A stretch of 53,931 nt of DNA from an uncultured Ruminococcus sp. (lineage in GTDB: Bacteria > Bacillota > Clostridia > Oscillospirales > Acutalibacteraceae): contig CADCJK010000001.1 of the NCBI GenBank assembly GCA_902801715.1, forward strand, positions 1 to 53,931, in the 5' to 3' direction. The position numbers and the translations under genes were made by a program. This document shows, piece after piece, positions 1-8,550 of the stretch; position 1 is the first letter of the stretch, and every line of letters starts with the position of its first letter. The notes under the pieces were generated by a model. The model made no database searches, was not told the origin of the DNA, and saw only the letters and a program-made list of their open reading frames with translations.

Positions 1-159
1 TTTTGCAAGTTCGACTTCAATTTCACCGTTTCCGATAGGCAATATCAAACGTCTGCCCTTTTCCCTGACGGCTGTACAGTCATAGCCTGCACTTTCCAAT
101 AAACTCACTGTATCTTTTTCAAGTCTGCCTTTTGTCAAGGCTATTCTTAATGGTTTCAT
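1..159 (-). CDS. hisG: ATP phosphoribosyltransferase catalytic subunit HisG, first 53 codons (runs off window edge)
   Basis: Hand translation from ATG 159..157 gives [53 protein letters not shown], a HisG-like N-terminus. ATGA overlap with the hisZ stop (158..156). Confidence 0.75.
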   Translation of the reverse strand, partial: MKPLRIALTKGRLEKDTVSLLESAGYDCTAVREKGRRLILPIGNGEIEVELAK

Positions 160-1349
160 ACGTTTATACTCCTTATTTCTTCACCGACTATCACTAATTT
201 CTTTATCCCTCTTGACTTTGCATAAGCAAGGGCTTCTTCTTCCGTTTCAAAAACGCTGTTTTCACCCAATATATGAGCCTGTGCAAGATTGGACGTATAT
301 TTGATTGCCTCGACTTCATAGCCCTTTTCACTGTGTACGAGTATATCGGGGGCATTGTTGGCAGGAACATTTCCTCTTTTCAACATGACTCTTGCAAGGT
401 CATCTACATTGATTCCGAATCCGATAGCAGGTGACGGTGCATCAAAGTTACTCAGCAGATTGTCATATCTTCCGCCTATCAGTACAGGTTCACCCGAACC
501 CAATACATAACCGCTGAAAACGATATCGCTGTAATAGTCATTTCTCTGCACAAGTCCCAAATCTATGATAAGCCTGTCACCCAAATTATAAAGCGACAAA
601 TCGTTATATATCTCACGGACATATTCCAGTGTTGCCAATGCTTCTTTATCGTCACACAAACTATATGCTTCATCAAGCACATCTATTCCGCCGAACAATG
701 CAGGCAACTTTCTGATAATATTGACATACTGTGTCTGTTCCAGTCTGTCCAATACTGTATTCAATGCAGAATAATTCTTTGATTCTATATAGAATCTGAT
801 TTCTTCTCTTTCTTCATCTGTAACGGGCAATTTTTTGGCAAGCGACTTAAAAAATTCCGCATGACCTATCTCTATTCTGAAATCAGGCACACATTTGGAA
901 AGTGCTTCTATAGCTGTTGTAATGACTTCCAAATCTGCCCTTTTGCCCTTTGCACCGATGAGTTCAACACCTGTTTCCATGACTTCGTTGCTTCTGCCCG
1001 TCAAGCCTAAATTATTTCTGTAAACTCTCTGATTATAATAGAGTCTTATTGGCTGGGGCATATTTTTCAGTCTTGTTGCAACCATTCTGGCGATAGGCAA
1101 AGTCGAATCAGGTCGCATGACCATCAGTCTGCCCTTGGAATCGCTCATTTTATACATATTTTCCATTGGTATTCCCGAAAGTTCTTCTGTGAATACTTCA
1201 TAAAATTCAATACAGGGAGTAAGCACTTCATGGAATCCCCTGTGTGAAAAGACCTTTCCCAATATACTTGATACCGTTCTGTTGGCAAGACATTCTTCAA
1301 ACAATAAATCTTTTGTACCCTCAGGGGTGATTTTGGAATAATTTTTCAT
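156..1349 (-). CDS. hisZ: ATP phosphoribosyltransferase regulatory subunit HisZ (HisRS paralog)
   Basis: 397-aa HisRS-like ORF ([20 protein letters not shown] motifs). It sits directly upstream of hisG and is translationally coupled to it. ATG start at 1349. Confidence 0.85.
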   Translation of the reverse strand: MKNYSKITPEGTKDLLFEECLANRTVSSILGKVFSHRGFHEVLTPCIEFYEVFTEELSGIPMENMYKMSDSKGRLMVMRPDSTLPIARMVATRLKNMPQPIRLYYNQRVYRNNLGLTGRSNEVMETGVELIGAKGKRADLEVITTAIEALSKCVPDFRIEIGHAEFFKSLAKKLPVTDEEREEIRFYIESKNYSALNTVLDRLEQTQYVNIIRKLPALFGGIDVLDEAYSLCDDKEALATLEYVREIYNDLSLYNLGDRLIIDLGLVQRNDYYSDIVFSGYVLGSGEPVLIGGRYDNLLSNFDAPSPAIGFGINVDDLARVMLKRGNVPANNAPDILVHSEKGYEVEAIKYTSNLAQAHILGENSVFETEEEALAYAKSRGIKKLVIVGEEIRSINV

Positions 1350-1402
1350 AATTTTCCTTTTTCATTCCTTTCAAAAATGCTTTATTATAGTAAAGTAGTA
1401 AC

Positions 1403-1431
1403 ATGATAACATATTAACACAACTTTGTCAA
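1403..1431 (-). promoter_or_regulatory. Candidate sigma-A promoter P2 for hisZ (TTGACA-17-TATCAT)
   Basis: Minus strand reads TTGACA (1431..1426), a 17-nt spacer, then TATCAT (1408..1403). Confidence 0.4.
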
Positions 1432-1450
1432 TAGCTTTTCATACTAAAAA

Positions 1451-1479
1451 ATTATACTATTTCACAAAATATTTGTCAA
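1451..1479 (-). promoter_or_regulatory. Candidate sigma-A promoter P1 for hisZ (TTGACA-17-TATAAT)
   Basis: Minus strand reads consensus TTGACA (1479..1474), a 17-nt spacer, then TATAAT (1456..1451). Confidence 0.5.
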
Positions 1480-1497
1480 TCAAATTTCATTGTGCTA

Positions 1498-1526
1498 TTG
1501 ACTTTTGAGAGGTCTTATTGTAAAAT
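1498..1526 (+). promoter_or_regulatory. Candidate sigma-A promoter of the zur-znuACB operon (TTGACT-17-TAAAAT)
   Basis: TTGACT at 1498..1503, 17-nt spacer, TAAAAT at 1521..1526. The RBS GGAG follows at 1551..1554. Confidence 0.5.
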
Positions 1527-1540
1527 GAAAATGCTTTTCA
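1526..1540. promoter_or_regulatory. Candidate Zur/Fur-family operator, inverted repeat TGAAAA-TGC-TTTTCA
   Basis: 6+6 inverted repeat abutting the -10 hexamer, directly upstream of a Fur-family gene followed by zinc ABC transporter genes. Confidence 0.5.
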
Positions 1541-1561
1541 AATTCAGAAAGGAGTTTTCCC

Positions 1562-1984
1562 ATGTCAAACGGCTATAAGACCAAACAAAAAGACGCTGTA
1601 TTGAAATACATGATAGACCATAAAGACACTCATGTGACAGTCAATCAGATAAGCGATAACTTTGCAGCAAACGGTACACCCGTTGGAGTTACAACGATTT
1701 ACAGACATCTCGAAAAACTGCTTGAAGAGGGCTTTATCCGAAAATACACGGTTGATGGCAGTTCAAGTGCGTGTTTTCAATACAATGACAATCAGAAATG
1801 CCGTGAACATTTCCACCTGATGTGCGAAAAATGCGGCTGTCTGATACATCTTGAATGTTCACATCTCAATGAACTTTCACAGCACATTTTTTCCGAACAC
1901 GGCTTTGAAATCAATCCTTTCAGAACGGTATTTTACGGAAAATGCAGTCATTGTCTTGATGATGAAAAAAAGATAGGAGATTAA
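1562..1984 (+). CDS. zur: Fur-family metalloregulator, probably the zinc uptake regulator Zur
   Basis: 140 aa. N-terminal winged helix (VTTIYRHLEKLLEEGFI) and C-terminal CxxC pairs (CEKCGC, CSHC). First gene of the znu operon. Confidence 0.8.
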   Translation: MSNGYKTKQKDAVLKYMIDHKDTHVTVNQISDNFAANGTPVGVTTIYRHLEKLLEEGFIRKYTVDGSSSACFQYNDNQKCREHFHLMCEKCGCLIHLECSHLNELSQHIFSEHGFEINPFRTVFYGKCSHCLDDEKKIGD

Positions 1985-1986
1985 TC

Positions 1987-2931
1987 ATGAAAAAAATAAT
2001 ATCTGTAATACTCTGCATGGCGGCTGTACTGACTTTATGCTGTTCATGCGGTACAAAAGAAACAAAAAAAGATGACGGTAAATTAAATGTCGTAACAACG
2101 ATATTTCCGCCTTACGACTTTGCCAAAAATGTAGGCGGTGAATCCGTCAATGTTTCCATGCTTCTGAAACCCGGCATGGAAAGTCACAGCTATGATCCTA
2201 CTCCGCAGGATATCATTAAAATTCAGGAATGTGACTTATTCATCTATACAGGAGGAGAGTCTGACGAATGGGTGAAAGACATTCTGGAATCGAGTGATAA
2301 AAAGCCCAAAAAAGTCCTTGCCATGATGGATATCGTCGATACCGTTGAAGAAGAAACCGTAGAGGGCATGGAAAAAGAAGATGAAGATGACAGTGATGAG
2401 ATAGAATATGATGAACACGTCTGGACTTCTCCGAAAAATGCCATTAATATAACAGCCTCTATTACAAATGCCCTTTGTCAGCTTGACGAAAATCATCAGG
2501 CATCTTTTAATAAAAATATGATGGCATACCGCCGTGAGCTTTTACTGCTTGACAATTCTTTTCATGAAGTCACTGACAATGCCAAAAGAAAAACCATTGT
2601 ATTCGGTGACAGATTCCCTTTCCGATATCTTGCCGATGAATACGATTTGAAATATTATGCAGCTTTCCCGGGCTGTTCAGCAGAAACAGAACCAAGTCCG
2701 AGCACTGTTTCATTTTTGATAGACAAAGTGAAAGCCGAAAAGATACCTGTTGTATTTTCCATAGAATTCTCAAACGGCAAAGTTGCCGATACGATATGTG
2801 AAAGCACAGGTGCAAAAAAACTGACTCTCCATTCATGTCACAATGTCACACAAGATGAATTTGATAATGGTATCAGTTATCTTTCACTCATGCAGAAAAA
2901 TGTGCAGGCTCTCAAGGAGGCTCTTAATTAA
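1987..2931 (+). CDS. znuA: Zinc ABC transporter substrate-binding lipoprotein (ZnuA/AdcA, cluster 9 SBP)
   Basis: Signal peptide with a Cys-rich lipobox-like end (LTLCCSCG). ZinT/TroA-like body with an acidic loop (EKEDEDDSDEIEYDEHVW). Confidence 0.8.
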   Translation: MKKIISVILCMAAVLTLCCSCGTKETKKDDGKLNVVTTIFPPYDFAKNVGGESVNVSMLLKPGMESHSYDPTPQDIIKIQECDLFIYTGGESDEWVKDILESSDKKPKKVLAMMDIVDTVEEETVEGMEKEDEDDSDEIEYDEHVWTSPKNAINITASITNALCQLDENHQASFNKNMMAYRRELLLLDNSFHEVTDNAKRKTIVFGDRFPFRYLADEYDLKYYAAFPGCSAETEPSPSTVSFLIDKVKAEKIPVVFSIEFSNGKVADTICESTGAKKLTLHSCHNVTQDEFDNGISYLSLMQKNVQALKEALN

Positions 2932-2932
2932 A

Positions 2933-3646
2933 ATGGCTCTCATCAAATGCGAAAATGTTTCGTTTTCTTATGAAAATACAAGTGTTATCAAAAATCTGAA
3001 TTTTGAAGTGAATCAGGGCGACTATCTCTGTATTGTCGGTGAAAACGGTTCTGGAAAAAGTACACTTATCAAAGGCATTTTAGGCTTGAAATCTGCCGCT
3101 GACGGAAAAATCACCCGTGGTGACGGTTTGAAAAAAAATGAAACAGGCTATCTCCCTCAGCAGACTCCCGCACAAAAGGATTTCCCTGCAAGTGTTTATG
3201 AAGTCGTTTTATCGGGAAGATTAAACAGCCGTGGCTTGAAGCCTTTCTATTCAAAAACGGATAAACAAATTGCCCGTGACAATATAAAACGTCTTAATAT
3301 AGCACATCTGGAAAAAAGAAGTTACCGAGATTTGTCGGGCGGTCAGCAGCAGAGAGTTTTACTGGCAAGGGCATTATGTGCAAGCAAGAAAATTCTTTTG
3401 CTTGATGAACCTGTCACGGGACTTGATCCCATCGTTACGGAAGATATGTATAAACTCATTGATGAACTCAATAAAAAAGAAAATATTACTATTATAATGG
3501 TTTCCCATGATATCAAATCGTCCGTGAAATATGCAACGCATATTTTACATCTCAATGGAGATAAGACTTTTTTCGGCACAACTGCCGATTATATAAAAAG
3601 TCCTGTCGGCAAAGCATTCTTTTTGGAGGATAACGAAAATGTTTGA
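2933..3646 (+). CDS. znuC: Zinc ABC transporter ATP-binding protein
   Basis: Walker A GENGSGKST, signature LSGGQQQR, Walker B LLLDEP. I moved the start to ATG 2933 (MALIKCENV), just after the znuA stop; the longer track ORF overlaps znuA. Confidence 0.85.
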   Translation: MALIKCENVSFSYENTSVIKNLNFEVNQGDYLCIVGENGSGKSTLIKGILGLKSAADGKITRGDGLKKNETGYLPQQTPAQKDFPASVYEVVLSGRLNSRGLKPFYSKTDKQIARDNIKRLNIAHLEKRSYRDLSGGQQQRVLLARALCASKKILLLDEPVTGLDPIVTEDMYKLIDELNKKENITIIMVSHDIKSSVKYATHILHLNGDKTFFGTTADYIKSPVGKAFFLEDNENV

Positions 3647-4484
3647 TGAAATTATCAAAATGTTCTCTTATGACTTTTTAATCCGTGCCGTGATAGGCGG
3701 TTCGCTTATTGCCCTTTGTGCCGCATTGCTGGGAGTCAGTCTTGTTTTAAAGAGATATTCCATGATTGGTGACGGTTTATCCCATGTGGGATTCGGGGCA
3801 CTGGCGATTGCCGCTGCTGTGAATGCTGCCGCACCGCTGGAATTTGCCATTCCCATTGTTGTGATAGCCGCCTTTTTCCTCTTGAGAATCAGCGAAAACA
3901 GCAAAATCAAAGGTGATTCCGCCATAGCAATTATTTCAACAGCCTCTCTGGCAATCGGTATCACTGTTGCCACTATGACAAAGGGCATGAATGCCGATAT
4001 CAACAGCTATCTGTTCGGAAGTATCATCGCCATGTCACAGAAAGATATTATTATCTGCATTGTCCTTTCCGTGATAGTCATAGCCATGTATATATTTTTT
4101 TATCATAAAATTTTCGCTGTCACTTTTGATGAAAGCTTTGCCAAGGCAACCGGCACAAAGGCTAATATCTATAACATGATAATTGCTTTTTTAACGGCAC
4201 TGACCATTACTGTCGGCATGAAAATCATGGGTTCCCTTCTTATTTCAAGTCTTATCATCTTTCCCGCCATTACTTCCATGCGTATCTGCAAGAGATTCAA
4301 AACGGTTGTTATCTGTTCGGGCATTATCGCTGTGCTTTGCAGTATATCCGGACTTATCATATCCTATCTTTATAACACTCCCACAGGGGCAAGCATCGTA
4401 CTTACCAATGTCTGCCTGCTTCTCGTATTTAGTATCACCGGAACAATATCAGATAAAATAAATGCGAAAAAATTTTCTAAATGA
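3639..4484 (+). CDS. znuB: Zinc/manganese ABC transporter permease
   Basis: 281-aa polytopic membrane protein of the ABC-3 family. It overlaps the znuC stop by 8 nt and has RBS GGAGGA at 3625..3630. Confidence 0.8.
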   Translation: MFDEIIKMFSYDFLIRAVIGGSLIALCAALLGVSLVLKRYSMIGDGLSHVGFGALAIAAAVNAAAPLEFAIPIVVIAAFFLLRISENSKIKGDSAIAIISTASLAIGITVATMTKGMNADINSYLFGSIIAMSQKDIIICIVLSVIVIAMYIFFYHKIFAVTFDESFAKATGTKANIYNMIIAFLTALTITVGMKIMGSLLISSLIIFPAITSMRICKRFKTVVICSGIIAVLCSISGLIISYLYNTPTGASIVLTNVCLLLVFSITGTISDKINAKKFSK

Positions 4485-4703
4485 ATATTTTCAGACCAAT
4501 TATCGTAAAATAATTGTAGAAAATCACTGATAAAATGTTTAAAAATTAGCAAAAAATATTTATAAAACCGCTTGTTTTTCGTCAAAATATGTGGTAAAAT
4601 GTTTTTGATGTGGTAATATTTTGGACTTATCACAAGCTTCATATCCGTTTTTTTCCGTGAGGATATGGGCAAAAATTCTTTTATGTTTAAGGGGGTATTT
4701 TTT

Positions 4704-5069
4704 ATGTTCTGGGAAAGATTCTACAGTCTCTGCCTTCGCAACGGTAAAAGACCAAATCCCGTTGGCAAAGAAATAGGTCTCTCATCCGGTATCATAAGCA
4801 AATGGAAACACGGTGGTATTCCGAATGGCGAAACTTTGATGAAGCTCGCAAAATACTTCAATGTTTCTACCGACTATCTGCTCGGTTTAAGTCCGTATAT
4901 CGAAATCAATGGCGAACTCGTTGCTATGGAGTACACCGATATCGAATTCAAGAAGCAGATTGCAGACAACAGTGAAAAACTGAACAACAAAGGTCTTGAA
5001 AAACTTGCTGATTATGCAAAACTCCTTGTTGGTTCGGGAAATTATGCCGCTGAAGAAGCTGCCGAATAA
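4704..5069 (+). CDS. XRE-family helix-turn-helix transcriptional regulator
   Basis: HTH_3-like N-terminus (KRPNPVGKEIGLSSGIISKWKHGGIPNGETLMKLAKYFNVSTDYLLGL). Start placed at ATG 4704, after RBS AAGGGGG. Confidence 0.7.
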   Translation: MFWERFYSLCLRNGKRPNPVGKEIGLSSGIISKWKHGGIPNGETLMKLAKYFNVSTDYLLGLSPYIEINGELVAMEYTDIEFKKQIADNSEKLNNKGLEKLADYAKLLVGSGNYAAEEAAE

Positions 5070-5107
5070 TTGACTTGCCTATTTGGCAAAAATCATTACA
5101 AAAAAAT

Positions 5108-5155
5108 ACCGGTTTTGCAGAAAAATATAAATTCCGCAAAACCGGTTATTTTTGT
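5108..5155. terminator. Bidirectional rho-independent terminator
   Basis: 11-bp stem ACCGGTTTTGC (5108..5118) pairing with GCAAAACCGGT (5136..5146). A-run upstream and T-run downstream. Confidence 0.7.
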
Positions 5156-5163
5156 TGAAACAA

Positions 5164-5187
5164 GGAGTGAAGAAGATTCTTCACTCC
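5164..5187 (-). terminator. Hairpin just after the amylase stop
   Basis: 10-bp perfect stem GGAGTGAAGA / TCTTCACTCC with a 4-nt loop, followed on the minus strand by TTGTTT. Confidence 0.5.
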
Positions 5188-5196
5188 TCATTTATT

Positions 5197-8100
5197 TTAT
5201 ACAGATTTAAGGTCGATATATTTCTTTACGACTGTACCGTTTGCATCCTTGACTTTAATGCAGACCTGATACTGTGCCACTTTCATTGTTGTGAATGTGA
5301 CGGTTGCATTCTCTTTGAAACTCTGCTTTGTCGTCCATGTGGAATCCGTCGTCTTTTTAACATATACTGCATAAGTATAAGGTGCTTTGCCGCCTGTTGC
5401 CGAACATCTTGCTATGACTTTATCCCCCTGAGTGACAGTCGTTTTGGAAAGAGTTGATGTATTTGTCAGTGCATTGGATTTTACGGTGACTGTCAGATAT
5501 TTCTTTTCAATCGTGCCGCTTGCATCTTTGACTTTGATACATACATCATATTTCACTGCATTTTTCGGAGTAATCGAAACACTGCTTGTCGTGCTGAAAT
5601 CCTTTGCGGTTGTCCATGCAGATTTGCTTGACTGCTTATACAGGAAAGCATATGTATAAGGCGTTTTGCCGCCTGAAGCCGCACCCTTTGCCGTAAATGA
5701 CTGTCCAAGGGTAATCGAAGTTGCCGATACAGTGGAATTATTATTCAATGGATTAGCCTTTACGTTCACTGTGAAATATTTCTTTTCAATCGTGCCGTCA
5801 GCGTCTTTTACTTTGATACAGATATCATATTTGACTGCATTTTTCGGAGTAATGGAAACACTGCTTGTCGTGCTGAAATCCTTTGCGGTTGTCCATGCGG
5901 ATTTTGCGGACTGCTTATACAGGAAAGCGTATTTATAGGGAGTTTTTCCGCCTGCTGCCGCTGCCTTTGCCGTAACGGATTGTCCGAGAGTGATGGAAGT
6001 TGCCGAAACTGTTGAATTATTTTCCAGTACTTCGGGTGACGGAGATGTGCCGACTGTAATTTTAGCCGTTGCCGTAATATCCGATTTGGAATCCACGCCG
6101 TTGACTGCAATAATATATGTGCCATTCTTTGTGGGTGTCCATGTGAATGTATTGGAAGTGGAGGCTGCCTGTGATTTGCCGTCGGAAGTCGTGAAAGCAT
6201 ATTTCACTGTGCCTGAATTGTTGGAAGCCTTTGCCGTGAATTTGACGGCTGTATTGGCTGTCACTGTCTTTGATGACGGTGAAAGTGTCAGTGAAAGTGT
6301 GGGGGACGGTTCGGGCAAAGCACCCAATGTATCACCTGAAAACAGTTTTTTATCCGTTGCTTTCATGGAAAGCCCCGCACCCTTGGGATACTGATCACCG
6401 CTGTTGTTATTGAAAATGACCTGCACATTTCCCGTGAATTTGCTTGGGAATTCGTATGTCCAGAAATCGCCGCCCTCATCTGTCATGGGTTCACCCGGCC
6501 AGTCTGCATTATTGATAACTTTGCCGCTGCTCTCATCATAAACATAGCAATATACCTTGCTCCATTTATATTCCGAATTATCAAATACAACACCGCTTTT
6601 ATTCAATGTCGGATAACCCGAACGTGTCATTTTCTTGGAATAGATATAACTTTTTGTTTTGGAAGTGCCGTCGGCGGCTGTTGCTGTGATACTCAATGTC
6701 ACATCGGAACCTGTCGCCGTCAGTGCACCTATGGAAATAGTTTTGGAAGTGCCTGTGAATGAACCCGAAACGCCTTCTTTTCATCAGCCGTTTTTGCGTT
6801 TATTCTCAATACTGTGGGCTGTTCGGGATTGACTGTGCCGTAATTCACTGAGGGATTGTAAACAACTGCAATACCGTCTTTATTCTTGATTGTACCGCTG
6901 ATTCTGCCGCCTGATACTGTGAATTTCTCGCCTGTGACCTGATCGGTGTATGTACCGTCTTTCATGCCGATACTCAATGAAACAGAACCTGCACCATCTC
7001 CACGAACGATTACAACACCCGTTGTACCACGCATATTATAAACAGTATTTCCCGAACTGCCGAGCTTTTCACTCTGTCCTACAAAGAAGTTTCTGAAACG
7101 GTTCGCCGCTACAACTGCAGGATCAGCCCATGTCAGCGTACCGACATCACCAAGCTGTGTCTGTTCACCGCCGACATTTTCAAGTATCGTTGCATAGGAC
7201 TGTCTTGATTTTGAAACATCTCCTGCAAGGATATCCTTTGAATAATACGGTCTTGCAAAGAACAAGCCTGTTGCATCTTTTCTTGATGCCAGAATTGCCC
7301 AAGTCTTTTTGATATCGGAATCATTGGCATCATAAGAGGAACCACCGCCCATGTATGTATCATGGGATTCCGCCCACATGACCGCATGGTCTGCCTTGCC
7401 GTGAATATATCCGCAATAACCTGAAGTTGCCAGTGCACCTACCTGTCCATGCACAACGCTGTTTCTTAAATTATCACTTGTAGAGTTATCCGTCAGTGAC
7501 ATTTTGCTCAGATAGTAATTTTCCGCATTGGTATCATCAATTCTGTTAAGAACTTCACCATAGAAATAAATTCCGTCATAGCCGTTTTTCTGCTTATAAT
7601 AAGCCCTTGCACCGTCAAGAACAACATCCCAGAAATTACTTGCAAATTTGGCATTGTCTTTCGGCGTTTCAATATGCTTGGCAGCGTCAAATCTGAAGCC
7701 GTCTGCACCGCAGTCGATACATTCTTTCAAAAGTCCCAATACCATCTGCTGTACTTTGGAATCACCTGTATTCAAATCGGGCATACCCATATTGCCCTGT
7801 GTAACGTCAAAACGTCCGTCAGAAGTATGTGTCCATGAAGTACTGATATGCCAGTAAGATGAATCTGTCAGCATTTTAGGCTCCCAGAATTCTCCAACCT
7901 GCGGAGAAATATCGCCCATGACGGTTTCAACGTCACCGATTTTATAGCCCTGTATATTGCCCATGTGATTGGCTACGATATCAACTATTACCTTGACACC
8001 GTATTTTTCAGCCTCTGCACACATCTCTTAGGCTTTCCACCAGTTGCCCTCATAACCGCCTGTACCGTCGGGGATACCTACATTTCCATAGGCAACACCT

Positions 8101-8375
8101 TCCCAGTAATAGTCTTTAGGCTGCTGTACGGGTGAAGTCTGCACGGAAGTATAACCTGCTGCCGCAATATCCTTCATGTACTTTTTGATATTTTTGTATG
8201 ACCAGTTCCAGCAATGAAGAATAACACCTTTCTGTGAAGTTTCCGCAAGACCGTAATCCGTTCTTTCAGCCGCATTGGCATTGAGTGACAATGCACTCAT
8301 TCCTGCAAACGCTGAAGTGATTATCGCACCTGCAAGACCAACCGACAAAATTTTCCTTGCTATTTTGGATTTCAT
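5197..8375 (-). pseudogene. Secreted GH13 alpha-amylase (AmyE-like) with CBM26-like and Ig-like C-terminal modules, disrupted by an in-frame TAA and a 1-nt frameshift
   Basis: Three consecutive ORFs (8028..8378, 6729..8024, 5197..6702) read as one protein. It has a signal peptide, ILHCWNWS, GYTSVQTSP, VIVDIVANH, GADGFRFDAAKH and WAESHDT. TAA at 8030..8028; frame change at T-run 6778..6781. ATG at 8375 follows RBS AGGAG. Confidence 0.8.
5464..6021 (-). repeat. Two tandem 279-bp coding repeats (93-aa triple-tyrosine Ig-like modules)
   Basis: Amino acids 228-320 and 321-413 of the C-terminal ORF align with only about a dozen substitutions. Long identical DNA runs occur, e.g. CTGCTTGTCGTGCTGAAATCCTTTGCGGTTGTCCATGC in both copies. 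A third, more diverged copy lies at 5200..5463. Confidence 0.85.
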
Positions 8376-8390
8376 CAAACCATCTCCTTT

Positions 8391-8406
8391 ATTTAGTTAA
8401 CTAAAT
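8391..8406. promoter_or_regulatory. Perfect 16-bp palindrome ATTTAGTTAACTAAAT, candidate operator of the amylase gene
   Basis: Self-complementary 16-mer lying between the candidate -10 and the RBS of the amylase. Confidence 0.4.
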
Positions 8407-8433
8407 TTTACAACAATGTGAACATTTTGTAAA
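8405..8433 (-). promoter_or_regulatory. Candidate amylase promoter (TTTACA-17-TAAAAT)
   Basis: Minus strand reads TTTACA (8433..8428), a 17-nt spacer, then TAAAAT (8410..8405). Confidence 0.4.
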
Positions 8434-8550
8434 TTACGAAAATTCACAAAATATTCGTGCTGTTTTTGAGCAAAAATCATTTTTGCATTGCACTTGAAAT
8501 ATGAATGTGATATAATCATGACAGTAAATATTTTGTGAAAGGAAGATTAT

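Noticed and set aside
6771-6790. Programmed -1 ribosomal frameshift in the amylase.
   Set aside because: There is no X XXY YYZ slippery heptamer in the zero frame (T GAA AAG) and no obvious downstream pseudoknot or hairpin. A 1-nt homopolymer loss explains it more simply, and the same gene also carries a stop codon.
8028-8030. Stop-codon reassignment or read-through (TAA as a sense codon).
   Set aside because: TAA, TGA and TAG all terminate well-delimited genes throughout the window at the expected protein lengths (for example TAA for znuA, uppP and the amylase itself). There is no systematic in-frame stop pattern.
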